A DNA stretch of 64,000 nt, from NCBI GenBank assembly GCA_963820555.1, contig CAWGAT010000036.1, positions 4,568-68,567 of the forward strand, in the 5' to 3' direction. The notes beneath the pieces were generated by a model. It did not search any database. It was given only the letters and a program-made list of their open reading frames with translations, and was not told the DNA's origin. The DNA is from Candidatus Bathyarchaeota archaeon (GTDB taxonomy: Archaea; Thermoproteota; Bathyarchaeia; TCS64). A program made the position numbers and the translations under genes. Of the stretch, positions 28,066 to 38,393 are shown in pieces; position 1 is the stretch's first letter, and every line of letters starts with the position of its first letter.

Positions 28066-28539
28066 ATGGCGAAGAGCGGCACAATACCTATGCTCCACTT
28101 CGCCTACGGATCAAACCTATCTGCCAAGTTCCTCCGCCAACACTGTCCGACCGCCGTATTCCAGATGAAGGCAGAACTACCCAACTTCAGGATAACGTTC
28201 CCGTTCTACAGCCAGAAACGGCAGGGGGGGATAAGCAGCATAATCCCAGCCCCCGGCGAACTCGTACGCGGGGTTCTATACGAGGTCAACCAACACGAAA
28301 TGGAGGAGCTCGATGTCGTCGAGAGCGTCCCCCAAGGCCTCTACGTCAGGGAGACATACCTCGTCCTCGCCGAAGACAAGAGGTGGCACAGCGCCGATCT
28401 CTACCGCTGCACTAAACCAACCGGCCCATACGCCCCTGCTAGGAGCTACGTCGAACTTATGCTCGAAGGCGCAGAGGAGCACCAACTCGACCCCAACTAC
28501 GTCAAGGAGCTGCACTGGCTCATAAGCAGTTTAAACTAA
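28066..28539 (+). CDS. Gamma-glutamylcyclotransferase (AIG2/GGCT-like) family protein
   Basis: 157 aa. LHFAYGSNLSAKFL is the YGSNL motif at the N-terminus. Confidence 0.75.
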   Translation: MAKSGTIPMLHFAYGSNLSAKFLRQHCPTAVFQMKAELPNFRITFPFYSQKRQGGISSIIPAPGELVRGVLYEVNQHEMEELDVVESVPQGLYVRETYLVLAEDKRWHSADLYRCTKPTGPYAPARSYVELMLEGAEEHQLDPNYVKELHWLISSLN

Positions 28540-28547
28540 AATGCTGA

Positions 28548-29337
28548 TTAACTGGTTGGAACGAGCTTTATCTCGTAGAGGTTGGGCCACATCTTGCCCG
28601 TGACGAAGAGGCGGTCACTAGATGCATCATAGGCGATCCCGTTCAGGACACTGTTAACGTCTGGATGCGACGGTCCGGGTAAGCCAGTTAGGTCTGATCC
28701 AGGAATCGACGTGGCCGGTCGAGGGGTCGATGACGGCTATCATGCTCGTCAGGAATATGTTTGCGTAGATCTTTCCATTGATGTATTCGAGCTCGTTCAG
28801 GTCCGTGACGGGTGAGCCGTCAGTCACCGTCACATGCCCGACGTTTCTGAGTGTCTGGGGATCCAGGAAGTAGAGGGTCGAGGACCCGTCGCTCATAATT
28901 AGCCTGCTACCGTCGTATGTGAGGCCCCAGCCCTCCGTTGGGTAGGTGAAGTTCCCAAGGAGGGCGAAGCTTGACAGATCGTAGATGAAGCCGATCCCGT
29001 TCCGCCAAGTGAGTTGATAAATTCTGTTGCCCACGATGGTTATACCCTCCCCGAAGTACTCAGCTGGGAGAGAGATGCTCTGGAGCACAGTCCCTGTTTC
29101 AAGCTGGACCCGCCTCAGCGTTGATTGTCCGTTGATCCCGGTTCCCTCGTAGAGGAATCCACCGCGATACACCAAACCCTCCGTGAAGGCGTCAGTCGAA
29201 TGAGGGTAGATGTTGACTATCTGGTAGTCGTAGACGGGGGCTCTCGACACGGTTAGCCTCGGTAGAAGAGCATAAGTCACTACGAGTACCAAAGCCACCG
29301 AGAAAATGAGCACCGGGACGAGGTACTGCCTCTTCAT
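28548..29337 (-). CDS. Glutaminyl-peptide cyclotransferase (beta-propeller type), signal-anchored; one frame disruption near 28690
   Basis: ORF 28654..29337 ([14 protein letters not shown]...[16 protein letters not shown]...). The shifted frame restores the conserved C-terminus [29 protein letters not shown], ending at TAA 28548-28550. Confidence 0.8.
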
Positions 29338-29440
29338 CCTATTTCAGGAAGCCTTGCCAGAGCTTAAACAGTTGATCTTTCCGCTGTCTGTTGATACGGG
29401 GGAGACATCTCATTAACCCGCGCTGACGTAGATTGTCCCG

Positions 29441-30067
29441 ATGGGATCAGTGGATAGTCACTTCGTCGTTGTCGCTCTGGGGGACAGCCTCACAGCGGGG
29501 TATCGTTTCAGGGATCCCTATGCCATGGACCCCCGTGTACCTTACCCCGCACAGCTTGAGACCATGATGAGATCAACGCTGACGAAATCGGGTCGGGGCA
29601 CCCTCGCCTTCGTCGTCAACGCGGGTGTCAACGGGGACTCCACCGATGGCATGCTGAAGCGGTTCGAAAGAGACGTATCAGTCGAGAGGCCGGACATCGT
29701 CGTGATCTGGGGAGGCGTAAACGATCTGGGTGCCGGCCGAAAACCTGAGTACGTGATCGGGAATCTACTCAAGATCTACGAGATGACCAGAGCTTCCGGC
29801 GTGGAGCCGGTAGCCTGTACACTGACACCTATGCGACGCACGAGCAACGCGATGAGGGAGTTGAACGAGCTGATCCGCGCCAATTGCGCCACAACGGGGA
29901 CGAGGCTAGCAGACCTATTCCCACAACTCGCAGACGCGGATGGCAACCTGAAGCCCGAATACTCCGATGATGGCGCTCACCTTACAGCCTTAGGCTATGG
30001 CCTCGTTGCGAAGATCGTCTACGACGCCATAAGACCCATTTTAGATGCACGTGGCCCTGACCCGTAG
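29441..30067 (+). CDS. SGNH/GDSL hydrolase
   Basis: 208 aa. VVVALGDSLTAGY block I. GVNDL and DDGAHL blocks. Confidence 0.8.
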   Translation: MGSVDSHFVVVALGDSLTAGYRFRDPYAMDPRVPYPAQLETMMRSTLTKSGRGTLAFVVNAGVNGDSTDGMLKRFERDVSVERPDIVVIWGGVNDLGAGRKPEYVIGNLLKIYEMTRASGVEPVACTLTPMRRTSNAMRELNELIRANCATTGTRLADLFPQLADADGNLKPEYSDDGAHLTALGYGLVAKIVYDAIRPILDARGPDP

Positions 30068-30076
30068 TATTTATAA
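30068..30076 (+). promoter_or_regulatory. TATA box upstream of the eS26 gene
   Basis: tatttataa lies about 35-43 nt upstream of the TTG start at 30111. Confidence 0.4.
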
Positions 30077-30110
30077 CAAGGTGCCTCACTAATCTGCTGA
30101 GGTTTCATCT

Positions 30111-30422
30111 TTGACGAAGAAGAGGAGCAGCGGAGGCCACAGCGGGGGTAACAAAGGGAGCTCCGGGTTGGTGCAGTGCAGCATCTGTGGGGCTCAGGTG
30201 CCCCGCGATAAGGCCAAGAGGCAGACGAGGTACACGAGCCTCGTCGACTCCCGGCTCCTGAAGGAGCTCCAGAACCAGGGCTCCAGCATCCAGCGCACGA
30301 AGGTGACGAAGTACTACTGCATCAGCTGTGCAGTGCACCGCGGTGTGGTCAAGGTGCGCGGGAAGGAAGAGCGAAAGTTCGTGCCGAGGCGCCGCAGACC
30401 GAGACCCGGGCAAAGCGCGTAA
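30111..30422 (+). CDS. rps26e: 30S ribosomal protein eS26
   Basis: 103 aa. MTKKRSSGGH...VQCSICGAQVPRDKA...YYCISCAVHRGVVKVR matches the eukaryotic/archaeal S26e pattern closely. TTG start. Confidence 0.85.
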   Translation: MTKKRSSGGHSGGNKGSSGLVQCSICGAQVPRDKAKRQTRYTSLVDSRLLKELQNQGSSIQRTKVTKYYCISCAVHRGVVKVRGKEERKFVPRRRRPRPGQSA

Positions 30423-30444
30423 CCGTTCATCAATTTTACTACTG

Positions 30445-30475
30445 TAATCCTTTTAGAGGATTATTTTGCGTTTTT
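30445..30475. terminator. Hairpin plus T-tracts between convergent genes
   Basis: taatcc-ttttaga-ggatta stem-loop followed by ttttgcgttttt. Confidence 0.35.
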
Positions 30476-31055
30476 CTTAAAGTGCATGGCCCTCTGGATC
30501 ACCGTCAGCATGTGATAATACAGCGAGTAAGATGACTCCATAGTTGAGGGCATCGATCCAGAAGACGGCGATGAAAGTCACAGCAGCGAGGATCAGCATC
30601 CTCTCCGCCCTCTCGGCGAGGCCGACACCGGCCATGCTGACACCCGCGGCCTCCGCCCTTGAACGCGTGTAGCTTACCATCAGTGAGCCTATGAGGGCGG
30701 CGAAGCCAGCTATCGGGTTGCATAACCCTCCGAGGGTTATTCCCGCTAAGACCATGGCGTCCGCGTACCTGTCGGACACCGAGTCGAGGAATCCCCCGAA
30801 GGCGGTGACCTTGCCCTTCGTCCGCGCGATTATCCCATCGATGGCATCGAAGAGCCCCGAGAGCAGTATCAGCAGCGCCGCAGCTGGCAGTAGGAACGGT
30901 GACGACGCCCAGCTGTAGTAGCACCAAGCCGAGGCGAGGGAGACGATGAGGCCAAGGATCGTCACGGTGTTCGGCGTGACCCCGGCGTCCGCGAGCGGCT
31001 TCACGCCAGCCAACACGACGCCCTCGAACCTCTTCTTCAGCTTGCTTGAGACCAA
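30461..31055 (-). CDS. CDP-alcohol phosphatidyltransferase (archaetidylinositol-phosphate/archaetidylserine synthase-like); possible C-terminal frame disruption near 30515
   Basis: FDAIDGIIARTKGKVTAFGGFLDSVSDRYAD is the D-x2-DG-x2-AR...G-x3-D-x3-D motif. The ORF track ends at 30477. The shifted frame gives a family-typical ...HMLTVIQRAMHFKKNAK tail ending at 30461-30463. Confidence 0.85.
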
Positions 31056-31136
31056 ACCGCTGAGAGATACGGTGGAGCCGGTATAAGTCTATTCGTAGTA
31101 CTACTTTTATCGATTTTATTGCATTAAACGTGTTAA

Positions 31137-32177
31137 TTGACATGTTCATGTAAAAAGAAAGTTGATATACCAAGGAACCCGGGTATCACCATTAACGCCG
31201 TTGAAACCATCGGAGTAGTGGATGGATTGAAGGAGGCCCGCATAATCGACGACCCCCTCGCCGAGGGGAAGGTTGAGGTACTAAGGTATAGCGACGCCGT
31301 CAAGGGAGTGGAGCCCCGCCGAGGCAAGGTTAGGGATGTATACGACCTAGGTAATGAAATGCTGATAGTCACAACGGACAGGATAAGTGCCTACGACGTC
31401 GTCTTCCCCACGCTCATCCCACACAAGGGGGAGAGCATCAACCGCCTCTCCGAGTTCTGGTTCAACAAGACGCGGAACATCATCCCAAACCACTTCATTA
31501 AGATCGAGGACGAGCGCACGATGCGCGTCAGGAAGGCGGAGAGGATAGACATCGAGTTCGTTTGCCGCGCCTACCTCTACGGTTCAGCGTGGCGCGCCTA
31601 TCGCGACGGGGCTAGAACCGTGAGCGGAGTCAAGCTTCCCGACGGTCTCAACATGGCGGATAAGCTCCCCGAGGTCATCCTCACCCCGACGACGAAGGCG
31701 GAGGCCGGCCACGACATGGAGATCAGCGGCACGGAGGCCATCGCCCAGAAGCTCGTCACCAAGGACGAGTGGAGGGAGCTAGAGGAGTCCACGCTAAAGC
31801 TCTTCGACGCCTACCAGAGCCACGCCAAGAGCCGCGGCTTCATTATCCCCGACTTCAAGCTGGAGTTCGGCCGCCTAAACGGTGGCCTCATCCAGATCGA
31901 TGAGCCGCCGAGCCACGACTCCGCCCGATTCTGGGCCGAGAAGTTCTACGAGCCCGGCAAGCCACAGGAAGCCCACTGCCTCGACAAGGAGTTCCTACGT
32001 GCCTATCTGCGCGAGGTGGGCTACATGGGGGACGGCCCCGCACCCGAGATCCCCGCCTCGATCGTGAAGCAGGTCTCCATGAGGTGCGTCGCGAGCTACG
32101 AGGTCCTCAGCGGCAAGAAGAATCTCGGCGACTACAACCTCAAGAACGTCGATCAGGTGATGAGGGAACTCAAGTGA
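31137..32177 (+). CDS. purC: Phosphoribosylaminoimidazole-succinocarboxamide (SAICAR) synthase; true start probably downstream of 31137
   Basis: GKVRDVYDLGNEMLIVTTDRISAYDVV and LIPDFKLEFG motifs. Confidence 0.85.
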   Translation: MTCSCKKKVDIPRNPGITINAVETIGVVDGLKEARIIDDPLAEGKVEVLRYSDAVKGVEPRRGKVRDVYDLGNEMLIVTTDRISAYDVVFPTLIPHKGESINRLSEFWFNKTRNIIPNHFIKIEDERTMRVRKAERIDIEFVCRAYLYGSAWRAYRDGARTVSGVKLPDGLNMADKLPEVILTPTTKAEAGHDMEISGTEAIAQKLVTKDEWRELEESTLKLFDAYQSHAKSRGFIIPDFKLEFGRLNGGLIQIDEPPSHDSARFWAEKFYEPGKPQEAHCLDKEFLRAYLREVGYMGDGPAPEIPASIVKQVSMRCVASYEVLSGKKNLGDYNLKNVDQVMRELK

Positions 32178-33629
32178 GTATATCTGAGAAGTGTGGCGTC
32201 TTCGGCGCCCAATCAGAGAACGGGGAGGTTTTTCCCATCCTCTATTGGGGGATGCTGGCCCAGAACCATAGGGGGCATCAGAGCCACGGCTTCGCCACCT
32301 GGGACGGGAACATCGAGCTCTATACCCAACTCGGCCTCATCCCCCCCAACCAGGGCTCCGGTTTTAACGTGAAAAACCTCAAGGGATCCGTGGGCATCGC
32401 GAACGTCCGGTATGCGACGTCGGGCGCCCTTGATCTCGGTGCGAGGCAGAGGGACGCCATGCCCATTGCGGTCAAGGGGGAGAAACGGAGTGTCGCAATC
32501 AGCTTCAACGGTAATATCGTCAACGTCCGCTCCCTCCAAGACCGCGTCGGTGTTGACCGGAGCTACTCCGATACCCACGCCCTCGCCCTGCTCCTCGTTC
32601 GGAAGCTGGACGAGACGGGGAGCATAGAGGAGGCGGCACGAGCCTGCATGGAGGGGATAGACGGTAGCTTCGCGGTCACGGGGATTGTCGACGATGGCAC
32701 CCTCTTCGCCTTCAAGGATCCGATCGGCGTCAAGCCACTCTGCTACGGAAAGGCTGATGGGCGTCCACGGTTTCAGCTCAGAGAGCGTCGGCCTCGATAT
32801 AAACGGGCTCAAGTGGGACCACGAGTTCAGACCCGGAGAATTCATGTCCGTCGAGGAGGGGGAGGTCATTAGGAGGCAGCTCGTTGAGAGCAGTAAGCGA
32901 GCCTTCTGCGCCTTCGAGTTCGCTTACTTCATGCGCCCCGATAGCAGGATGAACGGCAAATTCGTTTACCAGGCCCGCGTAGACTTCGGCCGAGCCCTCG
33001 CCAGCGTCTACGCCGAGAAGGCAAAGAGGTGCGACATAGTCGTGAGTCTTCCCGAGACGGCGGACGACGCCGCGTACGGGTTCCACGAGGCTGCAGGGAT
33101 CCCCTGGGAGCGCGCCACGAGGCGGCACCGTTACGTCACCCAGCGCGCCTTCATTACCGACGCCGAGGACAGGCGCAGCGTCATCTACAGGAAGGTGAAC
33201 ATCCTCGAGCCCCTCATCAAGGGTAAGAGCCTCGCAGTCGTCGACGACAGCATAGTGCGAGGCGACACGACGATGGGTACAGTCAAGAGGCTCAGAGAAG
33301 CTGGGGCGAAGGAGATACACCTCTTCATTACTTACCCCCGAATCATTGGTCCCTGCTTCTATGGGATAGACATGGCAACCTATACCCAACTCATCGGAGC
33401 CAGGATGACCCCAGAGGAGATCGCCAAGGAGGTGGGCGCGGACAGCGTCAATTACCTCGATATCGATAACTACGTAAAGTGCACCGGCTTGTCCAGTGAT
33501 CAACTCTGCCTCGGGTGCATAACGAATGGCTACCCGACGCCGATGGCGGACTCCCTCGCGAAGCAGATGTGGGAGAGGGTGAAGCGCGGAGAGGCCGAGA
33601 CCGGGCGCATCTACGAGTCCGTCCGGTAG
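32174..33629 (+). CDS. purF: Amidophosphoribosyltransferase; one frame disruption near 32760
   Basis: GTG start overlaps the purC TGA (GTGA). N-terminal nucleophile ...EKCGVFG. ORF 32084..32872 joins ORF 32685..33629 (SSESVGL..., VVDDSIVRGDT PRPP loop). Confidence 0.9.
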
Positions 33630-34422
33630 CCGCGCTTCATGTTCCTGTAGGTTTCAAGCGCGGCCTTAGCTATTCTGTGTGCGAGCATCAGCCTGTAGAC
33701 CCATGATTCCGGGTTCCTCTCGTAGTATTCCTTCACGTCCACAAGCGTCTTCCGTCGGGGAGGGTCATTTGCTCCCGCTTGAGGCGGGTCTCCCACTCGA
33801 GCCCCTCCGCCTCAATGTAGCCCAAACTCAACCCACCCTTACTGAGAAGGATGGTAGGCCACTCCGAGTCGTTGTCGAAGAACCTCCCCCGTGAGTACTT
33901 CGTGAGGACCTCGGTTGCCGCCTTGGATACGCCACGGGACGCCGCCGTGATGTCAACATCCTTCCCATATATGAGTGAGAAGACTCTGTTGGCGATTGCC
34001 TCGGTCTTGATCTGGTTCTGTGGATGGGTCTGGAGAGCCCTAGGCGTCCTTCCAATTATTGTAAAATCCAGATCAGGGATTTTACCGACAATCTCCCTAA
34101 GTTCATCAGGATAATGTGCTACCCAATGTAGAACCCGATCCATATCTATGAGGTGTACATGGTTAGCACCAGCTTCGACGCCGGCTCGGATGACCCTAAG
34201 TCGAGAGTCGGCGATGTACTCGACGCCAACGTTGCTTCGAGGCGAGATGAGGATCCAGCCAGACGCCTCAAGTGCATCTATGACAGCGGAGCTCGTTCCC
34301 TTCGTCGCAACGACGATACGCCGTTCATAGAGCGCATCAAACAAGGACGCACTCTCCTCTAGGAGCGCAATGCTCCAACCGGCGGAGTCGTGAAGGGTCG
34401 ACACGAGCGTGACTCGGGGCAT
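33611..34422 (-). CDS. Hypothetical protein (possibly a nucleotide-sugar-transferase-like fold); one frame disruption near 33760
   Basis: ORF 33733..34422 joins ORF 33611..33796 (...TLVDVKEYYERNPESWVYRLMLAHRI...). No firm motif. Confidence 0.35.
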
Positions 34423-34516
34423 GGTTGAGAAGAGCCGCGTCGCCGATTTATCTCTACATCCTCAGGGGACAACCAAGATTGTTTGAGTAAGTAATTAGTT
34501 GTTTACCCGATAGATT

Positions 34517-35209
34517 CTAGTCCCTTCCTTGTAGGTACCCGTATAGCTCCCAGAGATTCATCTGATGAGACTTCCCCTCGAACTTCCCGAATTTGAAAGC
34601 ATATTGGACAGAGTATCCAAGGCTTAGGGCGGTAACAACCGTCCCGACGCCAACGGGGCCACCGAGGAAGAAGCCGAGGATCAGGACCGTGACCTCTATG
34701 CTACCCCTCACGAGCCAGATGGGTTTGTTCAGCTGCTTAATCAGCCCGACCATGAGGCCGTCTCTTGGACCCGCGCCGAGTTGCACCCTCATGTAGAAGA
34801 GACTGCCTAAGCCCACGAATACAATGCTGAGTAGGAGCAGCGACACCCTGCCCACTGAATCAGTGGGCTGTGGAACTATACCCCATTCCATAATCCGGTC
34901 CGTGAACCAACCTATGAAGAACATGTTCATCACCGTCCCGAAGCCCGGTGGGAAGCCGAGCCCCCAACCGATCAAGAGGACAACAAGCCCAACCATCTGA
35001 CTGATCTGCCCGAGGGTAAAGCCGCTCAGCCCCGAAACACCGACGTGGAAGACCCCCCAGGGGCTCATCCCTAGCCCCGAGTAGAGATTCGTGACCGATC
35101 CAGCTGCGAACAAGAAGAGGCCGAAGTAGAGAGAGGGAAGACGAATCAGGAAGCTCTTGAGATTCTCCCCGTGGATCGGCATCTCATGAGCGGGGGTAAG
35201 CCACCTCAA
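34517..35209 (-). CDS. YczE/YitT-like integral membrane protein
   Basis: 230 aa, 6 or more TM segments. ...LYSGLGMSPWGVFHVGVS... is typical of this family. Confidence 0.45.
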   Translation of the reverse strand: MRWLTPAHEMPIHGENLKSFLIRLPSLYFGLFLFAAGSVTNLYSGLGMSPWGVFHVGVSGLSGFTLGQISQMVGLVVLLIGWGLGFPPGFGTVMNMFFIGWFTDRIMEWGIVPQPTDSVGRVSLLLLSIVFVGLGSLFYMRVQLGAGPRDGLMVGLIKQLNKPIWLVRGSIEVTVLILGFFLGGPVGVGTVVTALSLGYSVQYAFKFGKFEGKSHQMNLWELYGYLQGRD

Positions 35210-35221
35210 AAAGGGATCGGT

Positions 35222-35992
35222 CTAGAGGGTGACCTTAAGCCAGTCGAGAACAGCCTTGATGAGGGGTATCCGGTGCTCCGAGAAGCCGTGGTCCGCCCCC
35301 TCGATCAGAACCCACTTCTTCGGCTCGTGCGCCCTATCATAGAGAATCTTACAGAGGTCGGGCGGAGTCACGTCGTCCTCCGTTCCAACGACGATCATTG
35401 AAGGCCCCTTTATGGCCGAGATTAGATTAACCGGGTTACCGGTCTCCGTGACCTCCTTGAGATCAGCCCGGAGCTGCTCCACGCTCATCCCATCGAGCTT
35501 ACCCTTAGCTGACTGCATGAAGTGGGGTATCACCGTCTCGAGGGCGTCACCACTCGTCCAGAGGCTAATGTCGCTCACAGGAGACATCAAGACACAAGTC
35601 TTCAGGGTCGCGTCGAGACTCATCCTCTTTGAGAGGGGGAGGGCTCCCATGCTATGGCTGACGAGGCCGACGCGCTCCGGATCGACGCACACAAGGGATC
35701 GCAGATAGACTACGGCGTCTCGCGTGCTCGGCTCCAGCTTGGCGAACCTGTAGGCCCCCTTGCTCCCCCAGGCGCCCTGGTAGTAGAAGACGAGCGTCAC
35801 GATGCCGTTGAGGGCGAGCTCCTCGGCTAGGTCCATGTTCTTGGTGTCCCCAGGGTAGCCGTGGCAGATTGCCACCGCGGGGTACCTACCCTCCGGTGCC
35901 GGCCTGTAGAGTCTACCTAGAAGTGGTATGCCATCACTCTGGAAGGAGACGTTCTCGACAACGATGCTCATTGGAAGGCATACCCCCGTCAA
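35222..35992 (-). CDS. Alpha/beta hydrolase (dienelactone hydrolase/S9-like), tandem copy 1
   Basis: 256 aa. Nucleophile elbow VSHSMGA. C-terminal GADHGF. Confidence 0.75.
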   Translation of the reverse strand: MTGVCLPMSIVVENVSFQSDGIPLLGRLYRPAPEGRYPAVAICHGYPGDTKNMDLAEELALNGIVTLVFYYQGAWGSKGAYRFAKLEPSTRDAVVYLRSLVCVDPERVGLVSHSMGALPLSKRMSLDATLKTCVLMSPVSDISLWTSGDALETVIPHFMQSAKGKLDGMSVEQLRADLKEVTETGNPVNLISAIKGPSMIVVGTEDDVTPPDLCKILYDRAHEPKKWVLIEGADHGFSEHRIPLIKAVLDWLKVTL

Positions 35993-36037
35993 CTAACTTA
36001 AATCAACCGATTGAAACTTTCAGTCCACTGTGTGGGG

Positions 36038-36817
36038 TCAGATTTGCTTCAAGAGCCAGTCGAGAATCGCCTTGATGAGGGGTATCCGATGCTCCGAGAA
36101 GCCGTGGTCCGCCCCCTCGATCAGAACCCACTTCTTCGGCTCATTCGCTGCCTCGTAGAACCTCCGGCATATTTCAGGTGGAGTGACCTCGTCCTTCGAC
36201 CCCACAACGACCATTACGGGCACTTTGATCTGCGGGGCGAGATAGACGGGGTTCGTCGTCTTCGAAACCTCCCCAAGGTCCTTCAACAGGCTCTCGTATG
36301 TCGCGCCCTTCAGCTTCCCCTCCGCCATAGTAGCGAGCCGCTTCGCGCTACCCTCAAGCCTCTCTTTGGCCGCGAGGGCTCCGACGTCGGCCGCCGGCGA
36401 CATCAAGACTCCAGTCTTTATGGTCGGGTCGAGACTCATTGTCTTCGAGAGCGGCAGTGCTCCCATGCTGTGGCTGACGAGGCCGACCCTCTTCGGGTCG
36501 ACGTATGGGAGTGAGCGGAGATACGCGACGGCGTCCTTGGCCCCGACCTCAAGCTTGGTCAAGCTGTACTTCCCGCCGCTCCCCCAGGCGCCCTGGTAGT
36601 AGAAGACGAGCGTGACAATGCCGTTGAGGGCCAGCTCCTCGGCGAGGTCCATATTCTTGGTATCCCCCGGGTAGCCGTGGCAGATGGCCACCGCCGGCTT
36701 CCTAGCCCTACCCTCTGGTCTGTAAATCCTTCCGAGGAGGGTGTTGCCCCCGCTCTGGAACTCGACGTTCTCCAGCTTCACCATCGTTATCACTTTCACC
36801 TCCACCCACCTCCCCAT
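36038..36817 (-). CDS. Alpha/beta hydrolase, tandem copy 2
   Basis: 259 aa. Shares AVAICHGYPGDTKNMDLAEELALNGIVTLVFYYQGAWGS and KKWVLIEGADHGFSEHRIPLIKA with copy 1. Confidence 0.75.
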   Translation of the reverse strand: MGRWVEVKVITMVKLENVEFQSGGNTLLGRIYRPEGRARKPAVAICHGYPGDTKNMDLAEELALNGIVTLVFYYQGAWGSGGKYSLTKLEVGAKDAVAYLRSLPYVDPKRVGLVSHSMGALPLSKTMSLDPTIKTGVLMSPAADVGALAAKERLEGSAKRLATMAEGKLKGATYESLLKDLGEVSKTTNPVYLAPQIKVPVMVVVGSKDEVTPPEICRRFYEAANEPKKWVLIEGADHGFSEHRIPLIKAILDWLLKQI

Positions 36818-36870
36818 AACACCTGCGCCTCGATACCCCTATAACCGCCGAAGGTAGGAGAACCACCAGA

Positions 36871-38216
36871 TTGGGGAAGAGGATCGCCAAGAGCTTCAAG
36901 CCCAGCAATACGTGGGTCCGGGAACTTGTCCAATCAGACCCAGAGATAGGCGCCTCCCTCGACTACACAAGCGACCAGCTCAGGCTCCAGGCTCGGGATA
37001 ACCTCTGCACCGTCTGCAAGGGCAGTAAGATGCTCTGCGGGAAGACGCGGTGCCCCATCATAGAGCAGGTCGCGGCCCACACACGGATGTTCCGAAGCGT
37101 TCACGGCACAAACATCGAGGGCAGCTCACCCCCAAGCGTCTTCGTCGGGCGATTTGGGTACCCCTATGTCCAGGTCGGACCCATGACCCCCGGTTTCTAT
37201 GGTGACACCGCCATCCTCGACGATACCGAGAAGTGGTTCGGAAAGAGCATGGACGAGATAATCAGGCTTCCGCAGCCAGCTCGTCCGAGGCATGACCCCA
37301 GTAAACGTCCACAAACCCGAGAAGGCGGGCAAGATACTCGATGCCACCCGTGAGATTAGCCTCAGCGAGCACTATGTAGAGACCGAGATGAAGCTCCAGA
37401 AGCCCCCGGTGAAACGCCTCTACATGGACAACGACCTCCAGCCCATAGGCCCCACTGCCCCCCTCGACAGGGTCAACATAGGCTTCATCAAGTGGAACCA
37501 GTGGATGGAGAAGGCCCACTACGACACCGACCTCAAGGCGGGGCAAGCCGCGAAGACCCTCTACAAGAGCGGCGTCCCCGTCAGCAGCATAGTCAAGGCC
37601 TTCAGCACAGGCAGCTTTGGCATAGAGAAGAACAGGCGCCTCGTCCCGACGCGCTGGAGCATCACAGCTGTCGACGACCTCCTCGGCAAGGACATGATAA
37701 AGACTGTCAAGGACTACCCCCTCATCAACATGCACGAGGTCTACGAGTCCGAGTACCTCGGCAACCGCTTCGAGATACTCCTCGTCCCCGACGCGTGGTG
37801 CTACGAGGCCTACGAGGCGTGGTATCCACGGACCCTATGGAACCCATCGGAGACGAATGTGAACATAGTCACGGACTGGGAGGACTACGATGGGCGGAGC
37901 ACATATGCCTCGATGGGGGGCTGCTACTACTCGGGACGCCTTGCCGTTCTCGAGTACCTCACAAAGGTTCGCCGCCAGGCAAAGGTCTTCATCTTCCGGG
38001 AAGCCTACCCCGACTACATCCTCCCCGTCGGCGTCTGGCAGGTCAGGGAGAACTGCAGGAACGCGATGAGGCAGATGCCACGTCTCTTCACCTCCATGGA
38101 CGATGCCCTCAAACACGTCATGAGTCGACTCACCATCCCCCTCGAGAAGTGGATGGAGGTCAGGCCCCCTCCTCAGACACACCCTCACCCAGAGCAAAAT
38201 AACTGAGTATACATGA
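36871..38216 (+). CDS. nreA: NreA-family (archaeal Nre) DNA-repair-associated protein; frame disruptions near 37280 and probably 38160
   Basis: N-terminus ...CTVCKGSKMLCGKTRCP...SPPSVFVGRFGYPYV. ORF 36871..37353 joins 37292..38206. An alternative tail SGPLLRHTLTQSKITEYT ends at 38214-38216. Confidence 0.7.
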
Positions 38217-38355
38217 TAGAGTCACGTAAAATGGCCCTGCAATATTCTCACGGCATGAACCTCCTGCCGCTTACACTGAACCTAGGATATATGACAAACA
38301 GGACGCCTAGGCAAATCTCGTCAATCCGAAGACGGCTAACTACTCCTGCCCCGTG

Positions 38356-38365
38356 TATTTTTAAA
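38356..38365 (+). promoter_or_regulatory. TATA box upstream of pheS
   Basis: tatttttaaa is centred about 34 nt upstream of the GTG start at 38394. Confidence 0.4.
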
Positions 38366-38393
38366 CATCCAACCTAGCCGTTATGATAGGCTA

